A stretch of 32,000 nt of DNA from NCBI RefSeq assembly GCF_002075285.3, contig NZ_CP021983.2:210001-242000 (forward strand), read 5' to 3'. The position numbers were made by a program, and so were the translations under genes. Positions 9,091-18,267 of this stretch are shown here, one piece after another. Source of the stretch: Halomicronema hongdechloris C2206. Lineage in GTDB: Bacteria > Cyanobacteriota > Cyanobacteriia > Phormidesmidales > Phormidesmidaceae. The stretch's first letter is position 1, and each line of letters begins with the position of its first letter. A model generated the notes under the pieces. That model searched no databases. It had not been told where the DNA came from and saw only the letters and a program-made list of their open reading frames with translations.

Positions 9091-9555
9091 TTAGTCAAGG
9101 CGACGCGTATTTCCCGACTTAATCCACCCTTCTTGGCCGGTATCTGGCAGTCTCACCCGCATCCACTCTTGATCAGCACTTTCTTCTAAGACGATCACGG
9201 TTTCGTTATAGTCAATACCGCCAGCTCGCTGAAAGGTAGTCCCTGGTCCCTCTCGCAACACCATGCCGATGGGTTGGACGATGATTGCCTCGTATCCCTC
9301 TGGGGAAGCACTGGGGTCTGGGGTGGGAGAGGCCGTTGCGATCGCAGGAGTGGAATCCGCAGGAAGGGCAGCAGTCGTTACAGATTCTGGATTCGATCGA
9401 ATCGGCGTATCATTCTCAAAAATAGGCTTAGGAGGTTGTACAGCCAGCCGAGCCATAAAGTATCGGACCGTCACGACTCCGGCTAACGACATCAATAGTA
9501 AGGCCACCACAATCCCCAACATGACCTTGGTCAGTCCGAGAAATAACCCCCTCAT
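9091..9555 (-). CDS. Membrane-anchored protein with a C-terminal SH3b-like domain
   Basis: The likely start is MRGLFLG, followed by one TM helix, a P/T/S/A-rich linker and a C-terminal segment (VLREGPG...WMRVRL.DTGQEGWI) that resembles bacterial SH3 domains. Confidence 0.5.
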   Translation of the reverse strand: MRGLFLGLTKVMLGIVVALLLMSLAGVVTVRYFMARLAVQPPKPIFENDTPIRSNPESVTTAALPADSTPAIATASPTPDPSASPEGYEAIIVQPIGMVLREGPGTTFQRAGGIDYNETVIVLEESADQEWMRVRLPDTGQEGWIKSGNTRRLD

Positions 9556-9764
9556 TAGATTTCTCCCTGTCCGAGCCTCTACGTTATAACATGGTGCTAT
9601 CGACGCCAGAATGCCATAACCCTTGTTCACGTCCCGGAATCATCCTTTAGAGCTAATTCGCAAAGAAAATCTTAAATGCCCTGCAAAGTGAGTTCTAACG
9701 GCGATTTTGCAAGCCTTGCTCTGGCTACTGTCTAGGCAGTTTGCAAATCACCTCTTAGCCTGGT

Positions 9765-11288
9765 TCAGTCTGGCTCTGAGAACGGCGGCGATAGACGACG
9801 ACTCAACTCATTGCTGCGAGAAGCTAAGCGAGCTCTGCCAGAGGTCGCCCAAGCCTGCAGAGCTTTAATCTGATCCTGAGCAGTGCGGGCCAAGGGTACA
9901 ATTTGGCTAGCCGCTTCCAAAATATCATCAGTGGTAAAGTCTCGATCTTGACTAAACCCAATATGCATGGCTTCAACGATAGCCTGCTCAATCTCAGCCC
10001 CAGAAAAGTCAGGGGTTTCATAGGCTAAACGGCCCAGATCATAATTCTGCAAGTTGTGGGGTCGCAGATGAGAGAGATGCACCTCAAAGATGGCCTTGCG
10101 CTCCGCCTGACTAGGTAGGCCCACAAAGAAGATTTCATCGAATCGTCCCCGTCGCAGCATCTCCGGAGGTAAAGCCTGAATATTATTGGCCGTAGCCACC
10201 ACAAATACTGGCGAGGTCTTTTCTGCCAACCAGGTAATAAATGTGCCGAAGACGCGGCTCGCCGTCCCAGAGTCGCCATGGCCCTCGACACCAGCAAAGG
10301 CCTTTTCAATTTCATCGATCCAAAGTACGCACGGTGCCAGAGCTTCAGCCAGTTGGATCATCTGGCGAGTGCGGGCCTCTGACTCTCCGACTAACCCCCC
10401 AAATAAGCGCCCCACATCTAATCGTAGGAGAGGCAAATGCCAGTGATGAGCAATGGCTTTGGCAGTCAGCGATTTTCCTGTGCCCTGAATCCCAATGAGT
10501 AGCAAGCCCCGGGGATGAGGTAACCCATAATGGCGGGCTTTTTCTGAAAAGGCGTTGCCTCGCTTTAATAGCCAGTCTTTCAAGTTGTCTAGCCCGCCAA
10601 TATCAGAGATGGTTTCGACCGCTGGGTAGAAGTCTAAAATCTGAGTCTGGCGGATAGTCTGGCGCTTTTCTTCCAAAATCAAATCCAGATCATCAGCCTG
10701 AAAAGTACCATGGGCCGCGATGCTGCGGGCAAGCACTCGGCGTACACGCTCTAGTGACAATCCCTGACAAGAGCGAACTAGATCATCTAACATCGACTCT
10801 GATGGGGCACTGCCGATGGCTGTCAACAGCTGGGATACCTCTGCGCGAATTTCAGTCGGAGACGGCAGAGTAAACTCGAGCACCGTGATAATTTCACTGA
10901 GATCATCGGGAATTGCTAACCGCGGCGATAGGATGACGATATTTTTGGGTTGAGATTTGAGGAGGCGACTCAAGTTACGGAGTTTGCGAGAAATCGCTAT
11001 ATCGTCGAGAAACCGATGAAAGTCTCTGAGCAGAAAGATAGCCGGAGCCGAGGCAGGCAGCTGTTCTACTAGCTCTAGAGCTTGCAGGGGATTACGGCGA
11101 CCAAAACCAGCATCGTTGAGATTGCCTTGATACCCTTCCACGAAGTCCCAAATATAAACCCCTCGATTTCCCTGAGTTTGGGCACATTCAAGCACCGTTG
11201 CTTCGGCCCGCTCCTCTTCTTGGGTGGGGATATAGATGACTGGGTAGCGGGCCCGGATCAATAACTTGAGTTCATCGGAAAAATTCAT
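9765..11288 (-). CDS. ycf46: AAA+ family ATPase, Ycf46-like
   Basis: 507 aa with Walker [14 protein letters not shown] and Walker [11 protein letters not shown]. The N-terminal [20 protein letters not shown] is typical of the Ycf46 family of cyanobacteria and plastids as I recall it. Confidence 0.8.
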   Translation of the reverse strand: MNFSDELKLLIRARYPVIYIPTQEEERAEATVLECAQTQGNRGVYIWDFVEGYQGNLNDAGFGRRNPLQALELVEQLPASAPAIFLLRDFHRFLDDIAISRKLRNLSRLLKSQPKNIVILSPRLAIPDDLSEIITVLEFTLPSPTEIRAEVSQLLTAIGSAPSESMLDDLVRSCQGLSLERVRRVLARSIAAHGTFQADDLDLILEEKRQTIRQTQILDFYPAVETISDIGGLDNLKDWLLKRGNAFSEKARHYGLPHPRGLLLIGIQGTGKSLTAKAIAHHWHLPLLRLDVGRLFGGLVGESEARTRQMIQLAEALAPCVLWIDEIEKAFAGVEGHGDSGTASRVFGTFITWLAEKTSPVFVVATANNIQALPPEMLRRGRFDEIFFVGLPSQAERKAIFEVHLSHLRPHNLQNYDLGRLAYETPDFSGAEIEQAIVEAMHIGFSQDRDFTTDDILEAASQIVPLARTAQDQIKALQAWATSGRARLASRSNELSRRLSPPFSEPD

Positions 11289-11350
11289 AAATGCCTACGC
11301 GGGAGAATAGCACATCAGCTCCATGGCGGGAGTCGTTTCAAAAATCTCCA

Positions 11351-11869
11351 TTATTCTTGGTCAGCTAGTTGTTGCTTGAGAGCGGCTAGGGCTGACCAAC
11401 GCTGGTCGGCTAAGCCAGAGGATGGGACTTCTCCAGAGGATTCCTTTGCACTGACGCCAGGGCAGTCAGAGGCACATAGCTGCCGTTGGGGTAAAGCTAA
11501 GCAGAGTTGTTCATAGAGCCAGGTATTGGGATGGAAGTAGCCATTAGGCGGTAAAGTTTCCACTAGGTCCTCCGTAGTCACCTCCTGTTCGAGAGGAGCT
11601 GCCACCTTCTCTTGAGAGTTTTCTAGCCAGATTAACTCTTGGGTTTCAACCAGAAGTCGATGATTATAGTTTTGCAAACATCGGTGGCAGGTAAGGGTAA
11701 CGATGGTTTCGGCCTGGCCTGAGACCTGCAGGTAATTCCCCTGGTGACTGACGCTGACATCTCCACGCACTGGTGTCAGGGTTTCTAGGTCAGCTAAGTA
11801 CTCTTGGATAGAAATTACCTGAGTCTGATTGGGTGCACGCACCAGCTGAGGAATATAAACCGCATCCAT
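11351..11869 (-). CDS. YceD/DUF177 family protein
   Basis: 172 aa with a CHRCL...C..DCPG Cys arrangement and an acidic C-terminal part, typical of DUF177 proteins. Confidence 0.75.
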   Translation of the reverse strand: MDAVYIPQLVRAPNQTQVISIQEYLADLETLTPVRGDVSVSHQGNYLQVSGQAETIVTLTCHRCLQNYNHRLLVETQELIWLENSQEKVAAPLEQEVTTEDLVETLPPNGYFHPNTWLYEQLCLALPQRQLCASDCPGVSAKESSGEVPSSGLADQRWSALAALKQQLADQE

Positions 11870-11892
11870 AGTAAGGGTGACGATACCAACAA

Positions 11893-12390
11893 TTAGGACT
11901 TGGCTAATCGAACTACAAGACGACGATCTGGTTCTTTACCACGACTAAAGGTCTCTAGACCCTCATAAACCTTCAAGAAGTGGTGGACTTGGCGCCGCTC
12001 AGCTGACGACAGGGCTCCGATTTCAAATTCTTCGCCTGTCGTTTGAGCCTGTTCAGCAGCATGGGTAGCAATGGCCCTGAGTTCTGCCTGGCGACGTTCT
12101 CGATACCCACATAGCTCAATCGTATACGCCTGCTGTTCAGGTTGAGGTTTCCCAAGGTTGAGCGTGGTATTAGCCAGATACTGAATGGAGTCCAGGACGA
12201 TACCCCCTTCTCCTAACAGGGTATCAATCTGTTCTGGGGTTAATGAGGTGTCGTCAATAATTAGCCAACAACTAGCTCCTGCTTCATTTTCAACCCATTG
12301 ACTCTTCACCTTGGATGGCATGCCCTGTAAGGTCAACAGGGATTGCAGCCAGTCAACTCCAGTGGTTTCTCGATTAGGGCCGATGCTCAT
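11893..12390 (-). CDS. Jag/KhpB-like RNA-binding protein with an R3H domain
   Basis: It lies immediately downstream of yidC, the classical jag position. The C-terminal ERRQVHHFL...GLETFSRGKEPDRRLVV is R3H-like. Confidence 0.75.
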   Translation of the reverse strand: MSIGPNRETTGVDWLQSLLTLQGMPSKVKSQWVENEAGASCWLIIDDTSLTPEQIDTLLGEGGIVLDSIQYLANTTLNLGKPQPEQQAYTIELCGYRERRQAELRAIATHAAEQAQTTGEEFEIGALSSAERRQVHHFLKVYEGLETFSRGKEPDRRLVVRLAKS

Positions 12391-12455
12391 TGCGGGTCTT
12401 AGCAGGTGCTTGAAGTGTCCTAGGGAGGGTCTAAAGACGCGACTCGCTAGTAAAT

Positions 12456-13607
12456 CTAGGCTTTTTTCTTCGAATGTCCTGGTTCAAAGGGAAGGGGCTT
12501 ACGACCATCGTCAGATGATTTGGTCGACGACTTGGAGGCCTCAGCGTCAACAATCTTCTGGAGGTTTTCAGGCAGGGGTTCCCGAGACAGGATAAAAGAC
12601 TGTAAGGTCTGAAAGACGTTGGCAATCACCATGTACATCAACACCCCAGCTGGCAGGGGAAAGAAAAGGAACATGCCAGAGAAAATGATGGGAGTGAATT
12701 TATTGATGGCATTCTGCTGAGGGTTACCACTACCACCACTCTGACCAGATAGGATTTGGTTAACGTAGAGGCTAATCCCAAAGAAGAGGACCATCGACAG
12801 AATATCCCAGTGGATATCTCCTTCATCTCCTACAACGCCAACTCGACCCAGAGCTTTAATGAATAGAAACCCTTTGTTGGCAGCTAGGCCAGGTACTTTT
12901 GCTTGTACGGTGACATCACCAGGAGCTAGAGCTGTAAGATGACCATCTTCGTCAATAGATACTAGATCTTCACCTTTGGTGACGGTCCATGTGGGTTTCA
13001 AAGGCTGATCACCGTATTGTTGGGACAACTCCGTAATGCCAGCACCCTCATCAGATTGCAATCGAATATCAGTGGCCTCTCCGGTGACAAGACGGTCCCC
13101 TCCTGGGACGACTGCTGAGATAGGGAAGTGGGAACCGTCGGAGACATAAATTGTCTTAGGTGAGGTTGAGAATGTCTGAGGTTGAATTTGTTCGACCTTT
13201 TCCTGAGGAAAAATCTGTAAGTTAACGTCGTAGGTGACATCTGCAAAGGGCGATCCCCTTAAGGTTGCAAATAGGGCGAACAGGATAGGCATTTGCAGCA
13301 GAATAGGAAAGCATCCCGCCAGAGGATTGCCAAACTCTTTATAGACTTTCCCCATCTCCTCTTGAAGCTTGGTGGGATTGTCTTTGTAACGCTCCTGGAT
13401 CTCCTTGACTTGCTTCTGCATGACTGGCTGAGCCACCTTCATGCGTCGCATGTTCCGGATGGAGCCAGCATTGAGGGGATAGAGCGCAAATCGGATTACT
13501 AAGGTTAATGCTACAATCGCTAATCCATAGCTGGGGACGATCCCGTAGAAGAAGTCCAGGATCGGCAGCATAATGTTGTTAGACAGGAAACCGATACCAA
13601 AATCCAT
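12456..13607 (-). CDS. yidC: Membrane protein insertase YidC (Alb3/Oxa1 family)
   Basis: 383 aa with YidC-typical segments: [24 protein letters not shown] and [16 protein letters not shown]. It sits in the rnpA-yidC-jag context. Confidence 0.9.
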   Translation of the reverse strand: MDFGIGFLSNNIMLPILDFFYGIVPSYGLAIVALTLVIRFALYPLNAGSIRNMRRMKVAQPVMQKQVKEIQERYKDNPTKLQEEMGKVYKEFGNPLAGCFPILLQMPILFALFATLRGSPFADVTYDVNLQIFPQEKVEQIQPQTFSTSPKTIYVSDGSHFPISAVVPGGDRLVTGEATDIRLQSDEGAGITELSQQYGDQPLKPTWTVTKGEDLVSIDEDGHLTALAPGDVTVQAKVPGLAANKGFLFIKALGRVGVVGDEGDIHWDILSMVLFFGISLYVNQILSGQSGGSGNPQQNAINKFTPIIFSGMFLFFPLPAGVLMYMVIANVFQTLQSFILSREPLPENLQKIVDAEASKSSTKSSDDGRKPLPFEPGHSKKKA

Positions 13608-13689
13608 GCGCTCTTTGCCTCAAGATGGGGCGTTGTCTACTCTACTCTATCTGAAGATTCCTATCATTTAGCAGTCTAAGTTGGGATCG

Positions 13690-14082
13690 TTAGCTACCCA
13701 AGGCACCGCTAACGGCTTGGGCTCGGTTGGATAGCTTACTATTGATATAATCATAAATTTCTCTAAATTTGGGGACGGCCCGGAGCTCCAGACGGCTGCC
13801 ATCTTGAAGGGTGATAACCATATCTCCCCATAGGCCAATACCACGGGGGACGGTCACGATTTTAGTAATCTCGGAGTAGATAATGTCTGTTCGGCTACGC
13901 CCCAGCCAACCACCGGTGACGGAAATACGGCGATTGGTGATGCGGTAGCGTAGCCACAAGGCGCGGATAACGGCACCGACGGTGAGCGGCAAACAGATTA
14001 CCGTAAGGCCCAATAGTACATTGATGATGAGATCACCAATGTGGGGACCTCCCTCATAATAAACATCCTCACGAATGCCCAT
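13690..14082 (-). CDS. Membrane-anchored bacterial PH-domain (DUF304/YdbS-like) protein
   Basis: 130 aa with two N-terminal TM helices followed by YRITNRRISVTGG...I.YSEI, which is characteristic of bPH_2 domains. Its ATG (14082) overlaps the rnpA stop (14069) by 14 nt. Confidence 0.7.
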   Translation of the reverse strand: MGIREDVYYEGGPHIGDLIINVLLGLTVICLPLTVGAVIRALWLRYRITNRRISVTGGWLGRSRTDIIYSEITKIVTVPRGIGLWGDMVITLQDGSRLELRAVPKFREIYDYINSKLSNRAQAVSGALGS

Positions 14083-14476
14083 CGATTACCTCTAATTGCA
14101 TCAACAGCTGCTCTAATTCTTGCAAAATTTGCCGATAATCGCACTGTTGCACGGTGGGGTGTGCTGTAATTACCACAGTGATGCCTGGGTGTAGCCGAGG
14201 TAAGAGCTGCTGGAAAGCCGCTCGGATACGACGTTTCCAAAGATTACGCCCAACAGCCTGCTTACTCACCTTCTGGCTAACGGAGATACCGCATCTTGGT
14301 GGCTGCTGTGTCTGGGGCTGGAGATCGAATGGCTGGGCAGACTCTCGAGCGAGAGCAGGGTCGACGGCATCTAAAACTCGTACGGATAAGTGTGGAGATT
14401 TGGCCCGCCGACCGTGACGATATACCTGCGCAAACTCCTTGAAGTGCCGCAGCCGATGTTGCTTGGGTAGTGCCAC
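14069..14476 (-). CDS. rnpA: Ribonuclease P protein component
   Basis: The LPKQHRLRHFKEFAQVYRHGRRAKSPHLSVRV motif and the position downstream of rpmH support the call. The track ORF extends to 14533, but the GTG at 14476 gives a family-typical N-terminus. Confidence 0.85.
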   Translation of the reverse strand: MALPKQHRLRHFKEFAQVYRHGRRAKSPHLSVRVLDAVDPALARESAQPFDLQPQTQQPPRCGISVSQKVSKQAVGRNLWKRRIRAAFQQLLPRLHPGITVVITAHPTVQQCDYRQILQELEQLLMQLEVIDGHS

Positions 14477-14599
14477 GGTCTGATCTGCGGGATCAACAAA
14501 ACAGGAGATGTTGCCAAGTGTGATGGGCCACAACCAAGCTAGTACTCTGTGGCAGAAATTATGCCTCTATTGACTAGCGTGGAAAGGCTGCACTTATCA

Positions 14600-14627
14600 G
14601 GATCGCCCTTTCTGCCTTCTGTCTTCC
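14600..14627. repeat. Degenerate heptamer tandem array (ttctgcc ttctgtc ttcctac ttctgcc)
   Basis: Read directly from the rpmH-rnpA spacer. It has four units, of which the first and fourth are identical. Confidence 0.5.
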
Positions 14628-14721
14628 TACTTCTGCCTTGGCGTACTAGCCCCTCAAGGGCAACTAGGCCAATAGCTATTGCATCTCTCTGAGAAGCTCC
14701 CAACTCAGCTGATCCCTAGAT

Positions 14722-14859
14722 TTAAACGGCCAAGCGAGCCCGTCCCTTACTGCGGCGAGCCCGAATCACCCGACGCCCAGTCTGAGTACGCATACGGGCG
14801 CGAAAGCCAGAGGTCCGCTTGCGCTTGCGGACAGTGCCTCCCAAAGTTCGTTTAGTCAT
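14722..14859 (-). CDS. rpmH: 50S ribosomal protein L34
   Basis: This ORF is below the track's length cut-off, so I translated it by hand: [45 protein letters not shown] (45 aa), with TAA at 14722-14724. Confidence 0.9.
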   Translation of the reverse strand: MTKRTLGGTVRKRKRTSGFRARMRTQTGRRVIRARRSKGRARLAV

Positions 14860-15103
14860 AGCTTGCTCTCCTGCAACCGGAACTAGATTAAAGTCACGAT
14901 CTCTAATGTTACCATCGAGCGTCAGGAGATGAGATGGATGAGATGAAGGAGTAGTGTTGCCCAGCCGGCCTCTGATGGCAATGGCTGGACATTCGAACTG
15001 GGCGTACTAACTGCAACTGGAAAGAGCTGACTAGGAGGAGCCAGAATCTAGCTCCTGCCTACCTTTCGACTTTTAACCACAGACTAACTAACAAATAGGA
15101 CAG

Positions 15104-15676
15104 TTACTCGGCGGCCAATTCTAGGGGCCAAGCACCTACTAGCTGTCGCTGGGTATCGCCCTGATAGAGCATGTTCAGCAAAAACATGTGGTAACCATAG
15201 CGGTTAGGATTGCGTACTCGGTCAATGACAATGACAAAGCTGGAATCAGGAGCTAAAGGTTGTTCTGGATAGATTTCTAGGGTGAGGCTGTCTTCGTCCC
15301 AGACTACTTCACTCACGGGGATATTATCTCCGCCACGCCAGGTACCTTCTCGCAGCTCCACCCGCGAGCGGTCGAAGGACCCATTTTTCTCGAAGAAAGA
15401 CTCAGGCAACTCGATTTCTAGTTCTAGAGCCTCTCGGGGCAGTTTCTCGGCCCGCACTTGCAGATACAGGCGGGTGCGGGTACTGCGGGGCTTATTATAG
15501 TCGATGTTATAGCCTAGGCGTAGCTCTGGATCGAGGCCACCAAAAAGGGTAAAGCCGTCAGTGGTACTCTGGGCGAGTCCAGTGGGGGGAGCCGCTAGCT
15601 CTAGCCCCGTTGCGATCGCAAGCCCAGCAGCTGCCATGCCAATTGCCAAATATCGTTGAATCCGTCGTGCGACCAT
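15104..15676 (-). CDS. DUF2808-like exported protein
   Basis: 190 aa with a signal-like N-terminus. The F.LFGG...R.YL.V......LE.ELP..F and RNP..YG.H.F pattern is what I recall for the cyanobacterial DUF2808 family. Confidence 0.65.
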   Translation of the reverse strand: MVARRIQRYLAIGMAAAGLAIATGLELAAPPTGLAQSTTDGFTLFGGLDPELRLGYNIDYNKPRSTRTRLYLQVRAEKLPREALELEIELPESFFEKNGSFDRSRVELREGTWRGGDNIPVSEVVWDEDSLTLEIYPEQPLAPDSSFVIVIDRVRNPNRYGYHMFLLNMLYQGDTQRQLVGAWPLELAAE

Positions 15677-16046
15677 GAAAACTACCTCCTCACAAAGTTC
15701 CCTGGGCCTAAGAAGACGGAGATAGCCCTCACAATCCCTAGGCCATCGTCTATTCCGTCAACCTTCTAGGACATCCAGCATCCATATCACCTAGTCATGA
15801 CTGGAACCAGCTCAAAAAAGTGCCTGGTCTTGCCAATAGGGTTGCCAGATTCCTCTATTGTCCCAGCCAATCATTATAGCATCGAGCCAACTTCCCTGAG
15901 ATGGGGCTGGCCTGTCAGCAGTCCGACCCGATAGGCATAGGCCTTTCTCCAGTCTATGTTGTCGCCTCTCTGAAAGGGGACTTGCCTGGACCATAGCCCG
16001 CCATCGCTGCTCCAGCAGAGTCGTCGCCATAGCCTGCTATCAGGGA

Positions 16047-16095
16047 GTAGAGCCAAGCAATAGTAGAGCCAAGCAATAGTAGAGCCAAGTAAATA
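16047..16095. repeat. 16-nt tandem repeat, about 3 copies
   Basis: The unit gtagagccaagcaata occurs at 16047-16062 and 16063-16078, followed by the variant copy gtagagccaagtaaata at 16079-16095. Confidence 0.9.
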
Positions 16096-16563
16096 GGAGC
16101 AGTCGTCCGTCTCAGTTGGTATGGCAGGGCCCCCTGGGGCGGCATCAGCGCTTGGTATAAATTTACAAAGTCATGAGGTTGTGACCCTAGCCGCCTATTC
16201 CTAAAACCTTGTTGAAAAAAACGGCAGATAGCCGACTCGGCGGTTTAGGATGCATGCCAGAGTGGAGTGTTATTCTGCGCCAGCTTTTGTAATGTGTGCT
16301 ACTTCTGCGAGGTGAGTAGTCAGCAGATAGCCGCACACCCAATCATGGTTTAGCAGCTAGTAACTCAGCAGATAGAATTTCCCACCAACATTATCGGACC
16401 TAGACTGAGGCCTCTCGTGTCTAGCCTCTCCAAGGGGCGACGATTCAACCTGTTGGTGATGAGTCTATCCCCTGGGTGTACTCTAACCGCTTAGAGCCCT
16501 TGAGGCGTATTCAAACAGTTACGTACCCCAGATTGACCATCTATTTACTTTGGAAGGATATCC

Positions 16564-18180
16564 ATGACCATCGCGATTGATACATCAGACAACCCGGCTC
16601 AATCGCCAGAGGGGATCGTACCCATGCGGATCGGTATCCCCAAAGAAGTTGCAGCAGGCGAATGTCGTGTTGCCGCCACCCCAGATACGGTCAAGAAGCT
16701 GCGCAAATTAGGCTTCGATGTTTTCGTCGAGCAGGGAGCAGGGGTTGCTGCCACTTTCCCGGATCCGGCCTACGAGGCGGCGGGCTGCCATATCGTCAGT
16801 GATGCCAAGTCTCTATGGCAACAAGTCGATATTGTGCTAAAGGTACGACCGCCCCAGTTTCATCCAGAGCTCGATATCCATGAGGCGGACCTGTTACGTC
16901 CGGAGCAAACCTTAGCTAGCTTCATCGGGCCCGCTCAAAACACCGCCTTGATGAACCATCTGGCCAGTCGTGAAGCCACTGTTCTGGCCATGGATACTGT
17001 GCCTCGCATCTCCCGGGCGCAGAAAATGGATGCCCTCAGCTCCATGGCCAATATCGCCGGCTATCGGGCCATCATTGAGGCCGCCAATCATTTCGGCCGC
17101 TGCTTTACGGGACAGATCACAGCTGCAGGAAAGCTGCCACCGGCTAAAGTTCTCGTTATCGGTGCTGGAGTGGCGGGCCTTTCTGCCATTGGCACGGCTC
17201 GAGGGCTGGGGGCTATCGTGCGGGCCTTTGATACTCGCCCGGTGGTGAAAGAGCAAGTGGCCAGCATGGGGGCGGAATTTCTGGAGCTGCATCTAGAGGA
17301 AGATGGCAGTGGTGAAGGAGGCTACTCCAAAGAGATGAGCCAGGCATTTATAGCGGCAGAGATGGCTTTATTCACTCATCAAGCCAAGGATGTGGACATC
17401 ATCGTCACCACTGCGTTGATCCCCGGCAAAAAGGCGCCGCTGTTGATTACCCGAGACATGGTGGAAGCGATGAAGCCCGGTTCTGTCATCGTCGATCTGG
17501 CGGCTGAGCAGGGGGGAAACTGCGAGCTGACTCATCCGGGCGAGGTGTACACCCATCAGGGCATCACGATTGTAGGCCTGACCGATCTGCCCAGTCGCAT
17601 GGCCGCTCAGGCTAGTCAACTTTATGGCAATAATCTATATCACCTGCTCAATGATTTAGGCGGATCCCAAGACTTTTCGGTGGACATGAGCGATGAGGTG
17701 ATTCGTGGCACCACCGTCATCCATGCCGGTGAGATCACCTGGCCCCCACCAAAACCCAGTACTCCGGCACCATCTGCCCCGAAATCAACTCCAGAAAAGC
17801 CTCCTGAAGTGGTGGTAGAGTCGCCTAAACGGGGGCAGATGGTCCGGCAAGTGGTCGGCCTAGGCTTAGTTGGAATAGCGTTAGTGGCTGTCGGTCGCTG
17901 GGCACCGGAGTCATTTTTGTCTCATCTGACGGTATTTGTGCTGGCCTGCTTTTTAGGTTGGAAGGTGATCTGGGATGTAACACCGTCGCTGCATACTCCC
18001 CTGATGAGTGTGACTAATGCTATTAGCGGCATCATCATCATTGGCGGGATGTTACAAATCTCCAATGATTTGACCTCGCCGACGACTATTCTAGGTGCGA
18101 TCGCAGTACTACTCGGCACCATTAATATTGCCGGTGGCTTTTTGGTGACCCAACGCATGCTGAACATGTTCCGCAAATAG
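16564..18180 (+). CDS. pntA: NAD(P) transhydrogenase subunit alpha, full length with C-terminal membrane domain
   Basis: 538 aa with an alanine-dehydrogenase-like N-domain and a VLVIGAGVAGLSAIG Rossmann motif. A P-rich linker leads to C-terminal TM helices. A GGAAGGA Shine-Dalgarno sequence lies upstream of the ATG. Confidence 0.9.
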   Translation: MTIAIDTSDNPAQSPEGIVPMRIGIPKEVAAGECRVAATPDTVKKLRKLGFDVFVEQGAGVAATFPDPAYEAAGCHIVSDAKSLWQQVDIVLKVRPPQFHPELDIHEADLLRPEQTLASFIGPAQNTALMNHLASREATVLAMDTVPRISRAQKMDALSSMANIAGYRAIIEAANHFGRCFTGQITAAGKLPPAKVLVIGAGVAGLSAIGTARGLGAIVRAFDTRPVVKEQVASMGAEFLELHLEEDGSGEGGYSKEMSQAFIAAEMALFTHQAKDVDIIVTTALIPGKKAPLLITRDMVEAMKPGSVIVDLAAEQGGNCELTHPGEVYTHQGITIVGLTDLPSRMAAQASQLYGNNLYHLLNDLGGSQDFSVDMSDEVIRGTTVIHAGEITWPPPKPSTPAPSAPKSTPEKPPEVVVESPKRGQMVRQVVGLGLVGIALVAVGRWAPESFLSHLTVFVLACFLGWKVIWDVTPSLHTPLMSVTNAISGIIIIGGMLQISNDLTSPTTILGAIAVLLGTINIAGGFLVTQRMLNMFRK

Positions 18181-18267
18181 TCGCTCTGCGCTACCCCCAA
18201 CACTGGTCATCTCCAGTGTGGTGATCTGTCGCGACTGACTCCTAACCGTCCACTATCTTCGAAATCT

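Noticed and set aside
10025-10498. Several 85-96-aa ORFs on both strands within the ycf46 gene
   Set aside because: They lie entirely inside an ORF with unambiguous Walker A/B motifs and show no independent coding signal.
14985-15000. tRNA gene suggested by a ttcgaa T-loop-like string (also at 28301)
   Set aside because: The full GGTTCGAATCC-type T-arm and flanking acceptor pairing are absent. The 28301 site is inside psbU. I recognised no tRNA in the window.
14534-15103. Possible replication origin next to rpmH-rnpA, as in many bacteria
   Set aside because: There is no dnaA gene and I saw no cluster of DnaA boxes (TTATCCACA-like). The only near-match noticed, ttatccgca at 7900, is elsewhere and isolated.
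16047-16095. CRISPR-like array (also considered for 27345-27412)
   Set aside because: The units are directly abutting, 14-18 nt long and have no spacers. No cas genes are present. These are simple tandem repeats.
15812-16145. Three overlapping minus-strand ORFs (72, 60 and 63 aa) as possible pieces of one frameshifted gene
   Set aside because: Removing one or two 16-nt repeat units does not restore a credible long ORF. One option hits a stop at 16037-16039 and the other gives a W/R-rich frame. I kept this only as a finding about an ORF-poor region.
16912-17619. Antisense ORFs inside pntA (16912..17292, 17368..17619) and an alternative-frame ORF (16970..17248)
   Set aside because: They are nested in a confidently identified gene, and their translations lack any family resemblance.
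17740-17830. Proline-rich insertion (WPPPKPSTPAPSAPKSTPEKPPE) in PntA as a possible novelty
   Set aside because: It sits at the linker between the soluble dI domain and the membrane domain. That linker is naturally variable in length and composition, so this is not evidence of anything unusual.
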